A model generated the notes under the pieces. That model had not been told where the DNA came from, did not search any database, and saw only the letters and a list, made by a program, of their open reading frames with translations. The translations under genes and the position numbers were made by a program. From IMG/VR virus record IMGVR_UViG_3300020020_000018, positions 1-20,925 of that record: DNA of 20,925 bases, one strand, 5' to 3'. Source of the stretch: a virus. Of the stretch, positions 7,023 through 14,532 are shown one piece after another. How positions within the stretch are numbered: position 1 is the stretch's first letter; each line of letters begins with the position of its first letter.

Positions 7023-8315
7023 TTACGGGACCGGGTCCCAAATGATCTTGCGGATGCCGGGAACGTCGATCACTTCCACGACCCGGTAGCCCCAGATGGC
7101 CAGCTCAACACTCTTCACCTGGTACTGGAACTCCAGCCGCTGAGGCACGGACGCGACAGCAAACACCGAAGCCGGGTCGAGCAGGTAGCTGTTGGCCGGA
7201 GCGACCTGGCCACCAGCAGCCAAAGCCCACTCCGGGAAGCCGTCCACGCCGTGGATGTTGAGCTTGGCGAACCGTGGTGCAACTGTGCCGTTTGCGTTCG
7301 TCGGGCCGTAGATCGGGAACAGCGGCCGGTTGGTCGTGTCGATGGCGCCAGCCAGCAGCTTGTAAAGGTCCTGCTGCAACGCCAGGGTGGAGAAGTCGAA
7401 CCCACCGCGGACAAACTGGAGGTCAGCGAAATGGCCACCCAACGCGGCCCCCTGCGCCTGCCCAGTGAGACCGGGTGTCAGCGTGATGGCGGTTACGCCA
7501 CCCTCGCCGTCCAACTCTGTGACGACAGACGCCTCAAGCGCTTCGTTATAGCTCTGGACCATCTTGGCCCAGATGAGCGCGCTGGCGGCTGGGCCGCCCT
7601 GGTCCCATACCTCACGGGTGATTTCCACACGACCTGACACGGCGCCAGGGGTGACAGTCTCACTGGTGGCCACGAATGTCCCGGGCGTGGGGTTCACGTC
7701 CTGGGTGTGAGCCGCCACCAGGCCGCCGTGGCTGGACCACTTCGGAACCACGATGGGCGTGATTTCGTCCAGCGTGCCCTTACGGACTGCCTCCCAGAGG
7801 GGATAACGGAACTGACGCTGGTCCACGTACAGGTCCGGACGCTGAACCGGGACCCCGACCAAGGAAGACACATCGCCGGTCTGGACAGCGAACTGGACAG
7901 GACCGTCCGGCATGTCGGTAGCGGGCGCATTGAACGCGTGAGCCTGAATAAATCCCATAGCCCGCTCATGCGCAGCGGCATCCCCACGGAAGCTGTCGCG
8001 AAGATCACGCGCGAAGTCATGCGTCCCCGCGACCAGTGCGCCGCTTCGGTCGAATCGGTACGGCTCAGGCTCAGCGACCTGAGCGCCGGAGCCAGCAGCA
8101 CCATCGGCCGGGTTGATCACTTCCGGGCCGCCGCCAGCCGGGGCAGGGGCAGGAGGCTGAGCTGGCGCAAAGTGCTGGCCGAGCGCAGCGACAAGCGCGC
8201 CCATGTCGAACTGGGGTGCTGGCGCAGCTGGCGCGGCAGGGGGCTGGGGGGCCACGTATCGAGTGGTGCTGTTCGGCAGCGCGCACTCTTGGCAGTGGCA
8301 TCCTTCTGGGTGCAT
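7023..8315 (-). CDS. Major capsid protein as a nested in-frame product from an internal start (430 aa). Hypothesis.
   Basis: An in-frame ATG at 8315 (residue 575, MHPEGCHCQEC...) is preceded by AGGAAGGA with a 5-nt spacer. Confidence 0.5.
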   Translation of the reverse strand: MHPEGCHCQECALPNSTTRYVAPQPPAAPAAPAPQFDMGALVAALGQHFAPAQPPAPAPAGGGPEVINPADGAAGSGAQVAEPEPYRFDRSGALVAGTHDFARDLRDSFRGDAAAHERAMGFIQAHAFNAPATDMPDGPVQFAVQTGDVSSLVGVPVQRPDLYVDQRQFRYPLWEAVRKGTLDEITPIVVPKWSSHGGLVAAHTQDVNPTPGTFVATSETVTPGAVSGRVEITREVWDQGGPAASALIWAKMVQSYNEALEASVVTELDGEGGVTAITLTPGLTGQAQGAALGGHFADLQFVRGGFDFSTLALQQDLYKLLAGAIDTTNRPLFPIYGPTNANGTVAPRFAKLNIHGVDGFPEWALAAGGQVAPANSYLLDPASVFAVASVPQRLEFQYQVKSVELAIWGYRVVEVIDVPGIRKIIWDPVP

Positions 8316-10037
8316 TTCGTTCCTTCCTGAGTCTGCCTCTGCCAGGACAGCCGAGACACGTGCTGAATCAAACGCCGGGTCAGGCGTAAGACTGATTTCG
8401 GCCAGGTCGTTTCCCTGGCCGGAGTGGTGGACATCGCCCACCAGTGAGAAACGGGCGTCAGACCGGAGCCCGATGGAGAGGCCGTCATAGACGCCGTCAG
8501 CTGCCAGCATCAGCGCACGGTCACCCTCTGGGCCGCGTGCGATCTGGAACGTGACATAGAGGCCGTCCGGCCGATCATCCAGGATCGTGGCCTTACCCAC
8601 AGCCTGAGAACGATCATGCTGGATGTGGAGCTTGATACGCGACGGATCAGCCGGCAGGCGAAGAGAGCCGCGAGCGAACTGATACGTCCGGCCATTCTTC
8701 CGGGCTGTTACCCCATAGGGGACCGCCAGGCCGCTGATCGTGCGCCGCTCTTGATCAACAGAGAACGTGCTGAATACCGCGTCCGTGGCGAAGCTAAATC
8801 CTTGCGCGTCATCAGCGTCAAACGCAATGTTGTGACGCGCCGGCGGTCCACTCTGTTGCGTCTCGAGTGAGCTATCACGCAAAGAGTTTGCGTCACCGGA
8901 CTGTATTGCGGGCTGGGCTGGCATGGGGAACGTGGGCTGCGGGAGGCCCTCGCGGCGCGCGATCGCGTCACGGTCGAAGATTCCCAACTTGACCCCCAGT
9001 GCGTAAGCCTGGAACCGAGAAAGATCATCGGCCCTCAGGAACCCGTTAAAGTCCGCCTCTACGCGGTAGCCGCGCGGCGTGATGTCAGGCATAGAGAGCC
9101 GCTCAGCAATCGCGCTGACGTACATGCCCAGGGTGTCGTTGATCTTGTCAATGCGGCGCTGCTGGCCGTTCTGGTAGGTGCGGCTGGTGGTGCTGACGCC
9201 CAGGTCCTCTGGGTCCACACCCATGGCGGCCGCGATTTCGACCACTGCCTGTTTGCGGCCCTCCACCAGCTGGAGCTGGTTGGGGTCCCACTGGGTGCTG
9301 TGGTAATCCACCACCCCTGGCACGTAGGCGTCCACGCCGTTCTGGCGCGCCTGCTGCCAGTCATCCAGGAAGGTCTCAACGTCAGACTGGTCCGGGTCAG
9401 CCTCTGGGCGCGGGGTGAACCAGCCCTGTGGCCGGGGGCTGTCCGCGTAGCGATCGACAGCAGCGGCCAGCTTCAGCCAGGTGCGGATGGCCCGCGCGCC
9501 AGCACTGAGCACACCCTCAGTGGGAGACTCAAACACGACATAGTCAGCTGGTGGAACCTTGATCAACTTACCGTCGGGCATGGTGACGTGGAGGTAACCG
9601 TCCTGATCAACAGTGGCGCGGGGATCGACCCGCCAGACGTAGGTGGGGAACCGGTTAAAGTTCCGCTCCCGGGTCCACCAGTACGCCTTACCCTCAAACA
9701 GCAGGTCTTCCACGAGCTTGGTCATGGTGACCGATCGGGCACGGTTACGCTCTGGCTGGCTCAGCAGCGTTGAAACATGCTCCACGTTGTCTGTGTCCAG
9801 CAGCCGGAACGGTATGGTTCCGATTTCACCAGCGATCAGGTCGCGGCCTTTCTTGACCGCTGGGACCTGGATGGCCTCACGCCTGGAGACGGCGGCCACG
9901 GGTCCGATCGTGGAACTGTAGGACGGTATGCCGAAGATTTCACTAGGCATTGAGCCCGCGTCGATCTCAAATTGGGGACCACGGCTGTCTGGACGTTCAA
10001 ACCCGAGCCATTCAGCTACGCGCCACCAGAAGCTCAC
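7023..10037 (-). CDS. Portal - prohead protease (S78/HK97-type) - major capsid protein (HK97 fold) fusion ORF (1004 aa).
   Basis: This is one uninterrupted frame. Residues about 1-390 are portal-like (AIQVPAVKKGRDLIAGEIGTIPFRLL, QAVVEIAAAMGVDPEDLGV). Residues about 400-565 are protease-like (LHIQHDRSQAVGKA, DGLYVTFQI, DGLSIGL). Residues about 575-640 form a Pro/Ala-rich linker. Residues about 640-1004 are HK97-type capsid-like. The GTG start has only a weak SD. Confidence 0.85.
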   Translation of the reverse strand: MSFWWRVAEWLGFERPDSRGPQFEIDAGSMPSEIFGIPSYSSTIGPVAAVSRREAIQVPAVKKGRDLIAGEIGTIPFRLLDTDNVEHVSTLLSQPERNRARSVTMTKLVEDLLFEGKAYWWTRERNFNRFPTYVWRVDPRATVDQDGYLHVTMPDGKLIKVPPADYVVFESPTEGVLSAGARAIRTWLKLAAAVDRYADSPRPQGWFTPRPEADPDQSDVETFLDDWQQARQNGVDAYVPGVVDYHSTQWDPNQLQLVEGRKQAVVEIAAAMGVDPEDLGVSTTSRTYQNGQQRRIDKINDTLGMYVSAIAERLSMPDITPRGYRVEADFNGFLRADDLSRFQAYALGVKLGIFDRDAIARREGLPQPTFPMPAQPAIQSGDANSLRDSSLETQQSGPPARHNIAFDADDAQGFSFATDAVFSTFSVDQERRTISGLAVPYGVTARKNGRTYQFARGSLRLPADPSRIKLHIQHDRSQAVGKATILDDRPDGLYVTFQIARGPEGDRALMLAADGVYDGLSIGLRSDARFSLVGDVHHSGQGNDLAEISLTPDPAFDSARVSAVLAEADSGRNEMHPEGCHCQECALPNSTTRYVAPQPPAAPAAPAPQFDMGALVAALGQHFAPAQPPAPAPAGGGPEVINPADGAAGSGAQVAEPEPYRFDRSGALVAGTHDFARDLRDSFRGDAAAHERAMGFIQAHAFNAPATDMPDGPVQFAVQTGDVSSLVGVPVQRPDLYVDQRQFRYPLWEAVRKGTLDEITPIVVPKWSSHGGLVAAHTQDVNPTPGTFVATSETVTPGAVSGRVEITREVWDQGGPAASALIWAKMVQSYNEALEASVVTELDGEGGVTAITLTPGLTGQAQGAALGGHFADLQFVRGGFDFSTLALQQDLYKLLAGAIDTTNRPLFPIYGPTNANGTVAPRFAKLNIHGVDGFPEWALAAGGQVAPANSYLLDPASVFAVASVPQRLEFQYQVKSVELAIWGYRVVEVIDVPGIRKIIWDPVP
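8316..8328 (-). promoter_or_regulatory. Internal Shine-Dalgarno sequence (AGGAAGGA) plus spacer, upstream of the in-frame ATG at 8315.
   Basis: The plus strand reads tccttcct at 8321-8328, and cat at 8313-8315. Confidence 0.5.
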
Positions 10038-10047
10038 GACGCAAACC

Positions 10048-11694
10048 TTATGCGTGGGGTCGCGTTTTGGCGGTAATTAGTTGCAGACGCGCCGGAGGTT
10101 TGGCCGTTCTGGCCAGATTGGCGGCCCCGGCTGCGGCGTAGACCGCGTCAGCGTTGCCCATGCGGCGGGTGAAACGCCAGCCATCCCCCACCGGCAGGCG
10201 CCTGGAGCCGAGCGCGTGCGCGTTCAGCAGCGGGTCATTGCCGTGGATCAGCCCGCGCGCGAGCACCAGCTGAGCAAACCCCTGGCAAACGGCGGGGATT
10301 TCGGCCGACTTGATCTCCTCCATGCGCTTGAGCGTGCGGACATCCACCAGCACGGACGCAGCTGGCCCCCCGGGGAACCAGCACCCGCGCGCGGGCTGGT
10401 ACTGCTCCCAAATCTTGGGCAGGTCCAGCATGCACCTAGCAAGATCATTCCAGGCGCCCACGACGCCCAGCCGGACACGGCCGGAGTCAGTGAGCGCGGC
10501 GGCCGCCAGCGTGGCGTGGTCACCATCCTGGGACACGTCGAAGCAAAAGAACTTGTGAGGCATGGCCATAACGCCCGAGCCGGCAGGATCAGCACACGCG
10601 TTCCACGCCTGGGCTGAGATGGGGCTGTCGATTGCCTCCACCGTCTGGCAGAGGATCTCTGTGCGGAACACTGGCGGGGGATCGGTCCCCATGGCGGTGA
10701 GGATCGCGTCAGGGCTGATCGCGTACCCCAGTCCGGGGCATGCCTGAGCTATCTGGTCCCAGTCGTCCAGCTCGCAGCCCTCCACGCCGGACCACTCGAA
10801 CAGCCCTATGGACGGGTCTGTGCGGTTGATCCCAGACGCTCGCAGCTGGTTAAGCACCACGCTGTCAGCCTCACCGGCGTTCGAGATGGCCACCACCAGG
10901 CCCTGAGCTTTGGCGATGACAGTCTTAGACAGCGCGGACCAGGCCGTCCAGTCCTTCTGTTCGCGCAGCTCGTCCAAGATCATCAGGTCGACGGAGAGCC
11001 CCCGGCCAGCACCCTGCCGGGTGGCAGCGATCCGATACCGGGACCGGTTGAACATGCTCATGCTGGTGTCAGTGTTGCCGCGCTTGACCGAGTCCACCTG
11101 AACCCAGACCTTGTCATGATCTTGGGCCAGCTCCACCGTGGAGGACCAGCTGTTGCGTGCGATGTCCATTGACTGGGCCGCACCCAGCACCACAGAGCCT
11201 GGACGCTTGCACAGCATCCACAGCGTGAGTATCTGGAGAAGTCGAGTCTTGCCGGACTGGCGACCCACCAGCGTGAGCACCGTACGGAACCGGAACCGGC
11301 CCTGATCGTTCATCTCCAGCGCGTGGATCAGCCACCATTTCTGCCAGGGGTACAGCTCGATGCCCAGCTGTTCCTTTGCGAATCGGATTACCTCATACCC
11401 CTTGCTGTTGCCGACGTGGAGCCGCTGGAGTGGCGGGGTGAAGATGCGCGGTTCAGTGAGCCCTTTGATCCCCACTGGCGCAGGCCGGTGCGGAGTCGCG
11501 TCAAATAGCGGGTCCTGGTCTAGATCGGTCCCCCATAGCGCGGTCATGGCGCTGATTCTGACACCGCGCGCAAGCATCTTGCGCCAACGCGGCCTGAGGG
11601 CGTCTCTATTTTGCGCATGATCACAGGGGAGGGGGAACCACTCGGAAGGGGGTGGCGGGGTCCTCTGATTCTGGGAAAAAACCGCGAGACTCAC
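10048..11694 (-). CDS. terL: Terminase large subunit.
   Basis: Walker A-like VGRQSGKT, Walker B-like DLMILDE, a conserved LYPWQKW segment and a C-terminal nuclease-type region. The GTG start at 11694 is uncertain. In-frame ATGs occur about 40 and 50 codons downstream (MLARG..., MTALW...). Confidence 0.85.
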   Translation of the reverse strand: MSLAVFSQNQRTPPPPSEWFPLPCDHAQNRDALRPRWRKMLARGVRISAMTALWGTDLDQDPLFDATPHRPAPVGIKGLTEPRIFTPPLQRLHVGNSKGYEVIRFAKEQLGIELYPWQKWWLIHALEMNDQGRFRFRTVLTLVGRQSGKTRLLQILTLWMLCKRPGSVVLGAAQSMDIARNSWSSTVELAQDHDKVWVQVDSVKRGNTDTSMSMFNRSRYRIAATRQGAGRGLSVDLMILDELREQKDWTAWSALSKTVIAKAQGLVVAISNAGEADSVVLNQLRASGINRTDPSIGLFEWSGVEGCELDDWDQIAQACPGLGYAISPDAILTAMGTDPPPVFRTEILCQTVEAIDSPISAQAWNACADPAGSGVMAMPHKFFCFDVSQDGDHATLAAAALTDSGRVRLGVVGAWNDLARCMLDLPKIWEQYQPARGCWFPGGPAASVLVDVRTLKRMEEIKSAEIPAVCQGFAQLVLARGLIHGNDPLLNAHALGSRRLPVGDGWRFTRRMGNADAVYAAAGAANLARTAKPPARLQLITAKTRPHA

Positions 11695-11746
11695 AGCGAT
11701 GTAACTACTCGCGTGTAATCACAATGTTGTGGTTCCACTGGCCAAC

Positions 11747-11780
11747 GTGCCCCCTATGACTACGTCATATAAGGGGGCAC
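11747..11780. promoter_or_regulatory. Nested inverted repeat (9-bp outer stem enclosing a 5-bp inner stem) upstream of terL.
   Basis: GTGCCCCCT (11747-11755) pairs with AGGGGGCAC (11772-11780). The enclosed sequence contains ATGAC-TAC-GTCAT (11756-11768). It sits at the edge of the AT-richer patch at 11701-11771. Confidence 0.5.
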
Positions 11781-11785
11781 TGTTT

Positions 11786-11959
11786 CGTGGACAGATGGCG
11801 GGTGGTGGTGGTCAGTTGTGGTCACCTTGGACAGATGCCCTCCAACCTGCTGCTGACTAGGGGTGACGGGTGACCACGCTGTGATCATGGTGTGGTGGAC
11901 AGTCTGGACAGTAGGGCTACTGCTGGCCATCTGTCCACGAGCAGAGCGTGGACAGATGA
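11786..11959. repeat. Cluster of six GTGGACAGATG-type repeats (iteron, operator or DnaA-box-like sites).
   Basis: Copies: 11786-11798 CGTGGACAGATGG; 11827-11838 TTGGACAGATGC; 11895-11904 GTGGACAGTC; 11904-11913 CTGGACAGTA; 11927-11939 inverted (CCATCTGTCCACG); 11947-11959 CGTGGACAGATGA. The last two form a perfect 12-bp inverted repeat (11928-11939 / 11947-11958) with a 7-bp spacer. Confidence 0.8.
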
Positions 11960-12038
11960 AACGAGAGGATTTAGCGCCCAGCTAGCTGCTGGCCGTAAGT
12001 CTTGGATTCGGGGGTTCAGCCGAAATGATCATGACAAA

Positions 12039-12064
12039 GGCCCAGCCGCGCGGACGGCTGGGCC
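12039..12064 (-). terminator. Intrinsic terminator-like hairpin after the early/replication operon.
   Basis: GGCCCAGCCG (12039-12048) pairs with CGGCTGGGCC (12055-12064), with a 6-nt loop. On the minus-strand transcript it is followed by UUUGUCAUGAUCAUUU. Confidence 0.6.
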
Positions 12065-12071
12065 TGGATGC

Positions 12072-12124
12072 GGGGGTCTCGCGGCCCGTCTGGCGTCAGT
12101 GCGAGTGCGACTCACGAGACCCCC
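12072..12124 (-). other. Second structured element: a 10-bp stem enclosing a 33-nt loop. An alternative CCCCC/GGGGG pairing is possible.
   Basis: GGGGGTCTCG (12072-12081) pairs with CGAGACCCCC (12115-12124). CCCCC at 12120-12124 could instead pair with GGGGG at 12128-12132. It lies directly after the stop of the 146-aa gene (12138-12140). Confidence 0.35.
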
Positions 12125-12137
12125 GCAGGGGGCTAGG

Positions 12138-12578
12138 TTACGTCAGCAGCAGGCCCAGGGCTACCACCCCCACCACGAGCATGATCAGTATCACCATGCC
12201 CACGGCGCGGGCTGCCGAGTAGCCCTCGCGCCGCTGCTCTGGCCAGTCTCGCGAGACCTCCACGCCCGCTGAGACCAGCTCCCCAGGGGCCATGATCCAG
12301 TCGCCATCCTCGCCGGAGTCATCCTGGACGATGTACGCGCCGCTGGCCTGGCCGAGCGCCAGCATCTCGGCCTCCTCTTCGTCGGTAAGCCCACGCCTTG
12401 CGTGCATCTCTTCCAGGTAATACAACCGATCAATGGTGACCTGGACCGCTGCAAAGAGGGTGTTGAACCGAAGCGCTATCTCCTCATCGCGCGGGCCCCG
12501 ATCGCGTGGGCTCATGTGGCTCAGCGGGTGCGTGACGGTCCAGTCCTGTCTCTGTGCCCAGCGTCGGAGCGCGCGCAT
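12138..12578 (-). CDS. Tail-anchored membrane protein (146 aa), function unknown.
   Basis: The ATG is coupled to the upstream stop (TGATG at 12576-12580). The only hydrophobic segment is C-terminal (VGMVILIMLVVGVVALGLLL). The middle of the protein is acidic. Confidence 0.6.
   Translation of the reverse strand: MRALRRWAQRQDWTVTHPLSHMSPRDRGPRDEEIALRFNTLFAAVQVTIDRLYYLEEMHARRGLTDEEEAEMLALGQASGAYIVQDDSGEDGDWIMAPGELVSAGVEVSRDWPEQRREGYSAARAVGMVILIMLVVGVVALGLLLT
12458..12487. repeat. 30-bp perfect direct repeat, copy 1 (inside the 146-aa gene).
   Basis: GGGTGTTGAACCGAAGCGCTATCTCCTCAT is identical to 17480-17509. On the minus strand it encodes EEIALRFNT in frame. Confidence 0.95.
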
Positions 12579-13267
12579 CAGTAGACCTTGTCCACTGCGT
12601 AGGTGGCCTCAGCGTGGGTGAAGCCCTCGCCGTACTTAGACTCCAGCTGGTCCAGCAGCTCAGCCTTGGAGAAGTGCCCGCTGTCCAGGTACGACTCAGC
12701 AGCCTCCACGGCCTCCGCTTTGTAATCGGCTTTGACGTGATCAATTGCGAACTGGGCGTCTTTCTTGGTGAAGCCCTCACCGTACTCAGATTTGAGCTGG
12801 TCCAGCAGCCCCTGCTTGGAGAAGTGCCCGCTGTCCAGGTACGACTCAGCAGCCTCCACGGCTTCCTTCTGGGCCCTGGTCAGCGTGGGCGTGGGCTTTG
12901 GCTCGGCCGGGGCCGCCGTGGCGCTGCCAGACGCCTCTGGTAAGGTGCTCGACCCCTGGCCACGGTCGGCATCGTCACCAGGCTCCGCTGAGTGATAGCC
13001 GGTGTCCTGAGTGAACGCCCCTGATTCCTGCTCAACCGGGGAGCTGCCTACGGCATAGCCCAAGGCACAGCCGATCACAAACACCACGATCAGGACCAGC
13101 CAGCCGAACCGCTTGTCCTTCACGCGGGGCCTCTTCGGCTGGGGGCCTGTCCACTGCTGCTGTTCGGTCAGGTGTTCCTGCCCTGCCGGTGGGTAGGGGT
13201 GCTCGAATCCAGGCGGCGGGTTAAACATGGGGTTGAACATGGGTTGATCTTGCGACGGGTTAGACAC
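12578..13267 (-). CDS. Membrane-anchored or lipoprotein with two Ltp-like repeats (superinfection-exclusion candidate, 229 aa).
   Basis: Two about 45-aa repeats (AVEAAESYLDSGHFSK..LLDQL.S.YGEGFT...A.[FY]A[IV]D.V) match the pattern of the Ltp 'host cell surface-exposed lipoprotein' repeat as I recall it. They are preceded by a hydrophobic segment ending in a lipobox-like VIGC, and by a Pro-rich 55-aa N-terminus. GTG start at 13267; alternative ATG at 13240. Confidence 0.7.
   Translation of the reverse strand: MSNPSQDQPMFNPMFNPPPGFEHPYPPAGQEHLTEQQQWTGPQPKRPRVKDKRFGWLVLIVVFVIGCALGYAVGSSPVEQESGAFTQDTGYHSAEPGDDADRGQGSSTLPEASGSATAAPAEPKPTPTLTRAQKEAVEAAESYLDSGHFSKQGLLDQLKSEYGEGFTKKDAQFAIDHVKADYKAEAVEAAESYLDSGHFSKAELLDQLESKYGEGFTHAEATYAVDKVY
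12665..12862. repeat. Tandem duplication with a 150-bp period. It includes 48-bp perfect copies at 12665-12712 and 12815-12862.
   Basis: CTTGGAGAAGTGCCCGCTGTCCAGGTACGACTCAGCAGCCTCCACGGC occurs twice. These copies correspond to the two Ltp-like protein repeats. Confidence 0.9.
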
Positions 13268-14459
13268 TGTCAGTGTCCCCTTTCTGGGTTAGGTCTAGCT
13301 CTGGGTCTGGCTCTGGAGTAGGTGGTTCCTCCGGCTCTGGCTCAGCTGGCTCTGGCTCAGGCTCCGGCTCTGGTAGTGGTTTCCACAGGTACCAAGTTTT
13401 AGTCCCGTGGGGCTCGTCCTCGCGTACGACCATGCCGCGCTCGTGGAGCTGACGCAGCATCAGTTGAACGCTTGACCGCTTCTCCCTGGTCCAGCCGAGA
13501 TTGCTCCCCACGCTTGAGGCGTAGAGGCCCCTGGGGAACTCGGCCAGCACTTGCAGGATGTCCTGCTGATCTTGGCTGATAGGCCCCAGCTGGTGGGACA
13601 TCATGCCACACAGGACGGCGGACTTATTGGGCGCGGTGACCAGGTCGAGTGTGATCGGTTCCTGTTCCTCCACGTCCTTCTGCTTTCTGCATTCCACCTT
13701 GACGATCGACGAGCGCGGTTCCTTTGCGGTCCTCATCACGGTGGTGGCAGCCCCTTCCAGGGCTGTGGAGCCGCGTAGGTTCTCACCCGAGCGCGGCTCA
13801 TGGTGCACGATCAGGACGCACGCTTTTGACGCCTGCCTGACGCGCTCCAGGGCGGCAACGAACAGTCCCATGTCGCGAGAGCTGTTCTCTTCCATGCCCT
13901 CAGTCACTCGGGCCTGAGTGTCTATGACGATCATGTCCGGTTTCTGCTCTGTGACGAGCCTCACAAATGGCTCAAGCGTCTCACTGTTGGGGGTGAGCTG
14001 AACAGCGATCGGCAGGAATATCAGGTCGCCGGCGAGACAGTTTCGCGCCCACTCCCAGGCCCTGACCCTCGCGGCCAGCCCGTGGGCCCCTTCCGCGATC
14101 ACGTACAGCACGCGGCCGCGCCTGGTGCGTTTGTTGTGCCAGAGCTGGCCAGCACTGACTGCACAGGCCAGGTCGACGGCCAGGAATGTCTTGCCGCCGC
14201 CTGGCCTGCCCCCGAGCCAGGCCAGGCTGTTGCTGAACAGCCAGTCCTCCACGATCGGCTCAGGGGGCTTGAGAGCCTCCAGCTGATCGATGCGGATGAG
14301 GGCCAGGTCCAGCCTGTCATAAAGACGATCAGACTGGCCCTGGAGGTCCTCAGGCCCGAGCGCGCGCATTCCTAGATGTGCCCTGCTCGCCGCGGACAGG
14401 TGGCGGCCCACAGCCGCCCCCGGGATCGGAGCGTCTGGTACAGGACCAGCTCTTGCCAC
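13260..14459 (-). CDS. AAA_25 / RepA-DnaB-like replicative helicase-ATPase with a C-terminal winged-helix-like domain and a PE-repeat tail.
   Basis: Walker A GRPGGGKT and Walker B MIVIDT. The C-terminal segment (QDILQVLAEFPRG...LMLRQLHERGMVVRE) resembles a wHTH. The tail is PEPEPEPEPAEPEPEEPPTPEPDPE. The start is uncertain (alternative MRALGPEDL at residue 31). Confidence 0.75.
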   Translation of the reverse strand: MARAGPVPDAPIPGAAVGRHLSAASRAHLGMRALGPEDLQGQSDRLYDRLDLALIRIDQLEALKPPEPIVEDWLFSNSLAWLGGRPGGGKTFLAVDLACAVSAGQLWHNKRTRRGRVLYVIAEGAHGLAARVRAWEWARNCLAGDLIFLPIAVQLTPNSETLEPFVRLVTEQKPDMIVIDTQARVTEGMEENSSRDMGLFVAALERVRQASKACVLIVHHEPRSGENLRGSTALEGAATTVMRTAKEPRSSIVKVECRKQKDVEEQEPITLDLVTAPNKSAVLCGMMSHQLGPISQDQQDILQVLAEFPRGLYASSVGSNLGWTREKRSSVQLMLRQLHERGMVVREDEPHGTKTWYLWKPLPEPEPEPEPAEPEPEEPPTPEPDPELDLTQKGDTDSV

Positions 14460-14532
14460 GGTTCCGGCTTAAGCCCCGCTGACCAAACCGCGTCAGCGAT
14501 TCGACGGAACCACAGCGCATACGCAGGACCCA

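Noticed and set aside
11760-11930. A 56-aa minus-strand ORF (MASSSPTVQTVHH...) spanning the repeat cluster.
   Set aside because: It has no Shine-Dalgarno sequence, and its start codon lies inside one of the repeats. The composition is odd (His/Thr/Pro runs). The region is better explained as a regulatory or origin region, although I cannot formally exclude a small protein.
12000-12030. A GGTTCAG-containing stem (TTCGG...CCGAA) that superficially resembles a tRNA T-arm.
   Set aside because: The loop is 8 nt and does not fit the T-loop consensus. I could not build a matching acceptor stem, D-arm or anticodon arm around it.
11892-12272. Plus-strand ORFs (126 aa and 65 aa) starting in the intergenic region, considered as a possible divergent regulator.
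   Set aside because: They are Arg/His/Gly-rich junk-like sequences that run antisense into the 146-aa gene and across the terminator hairpins. No HTH pattern is visible.
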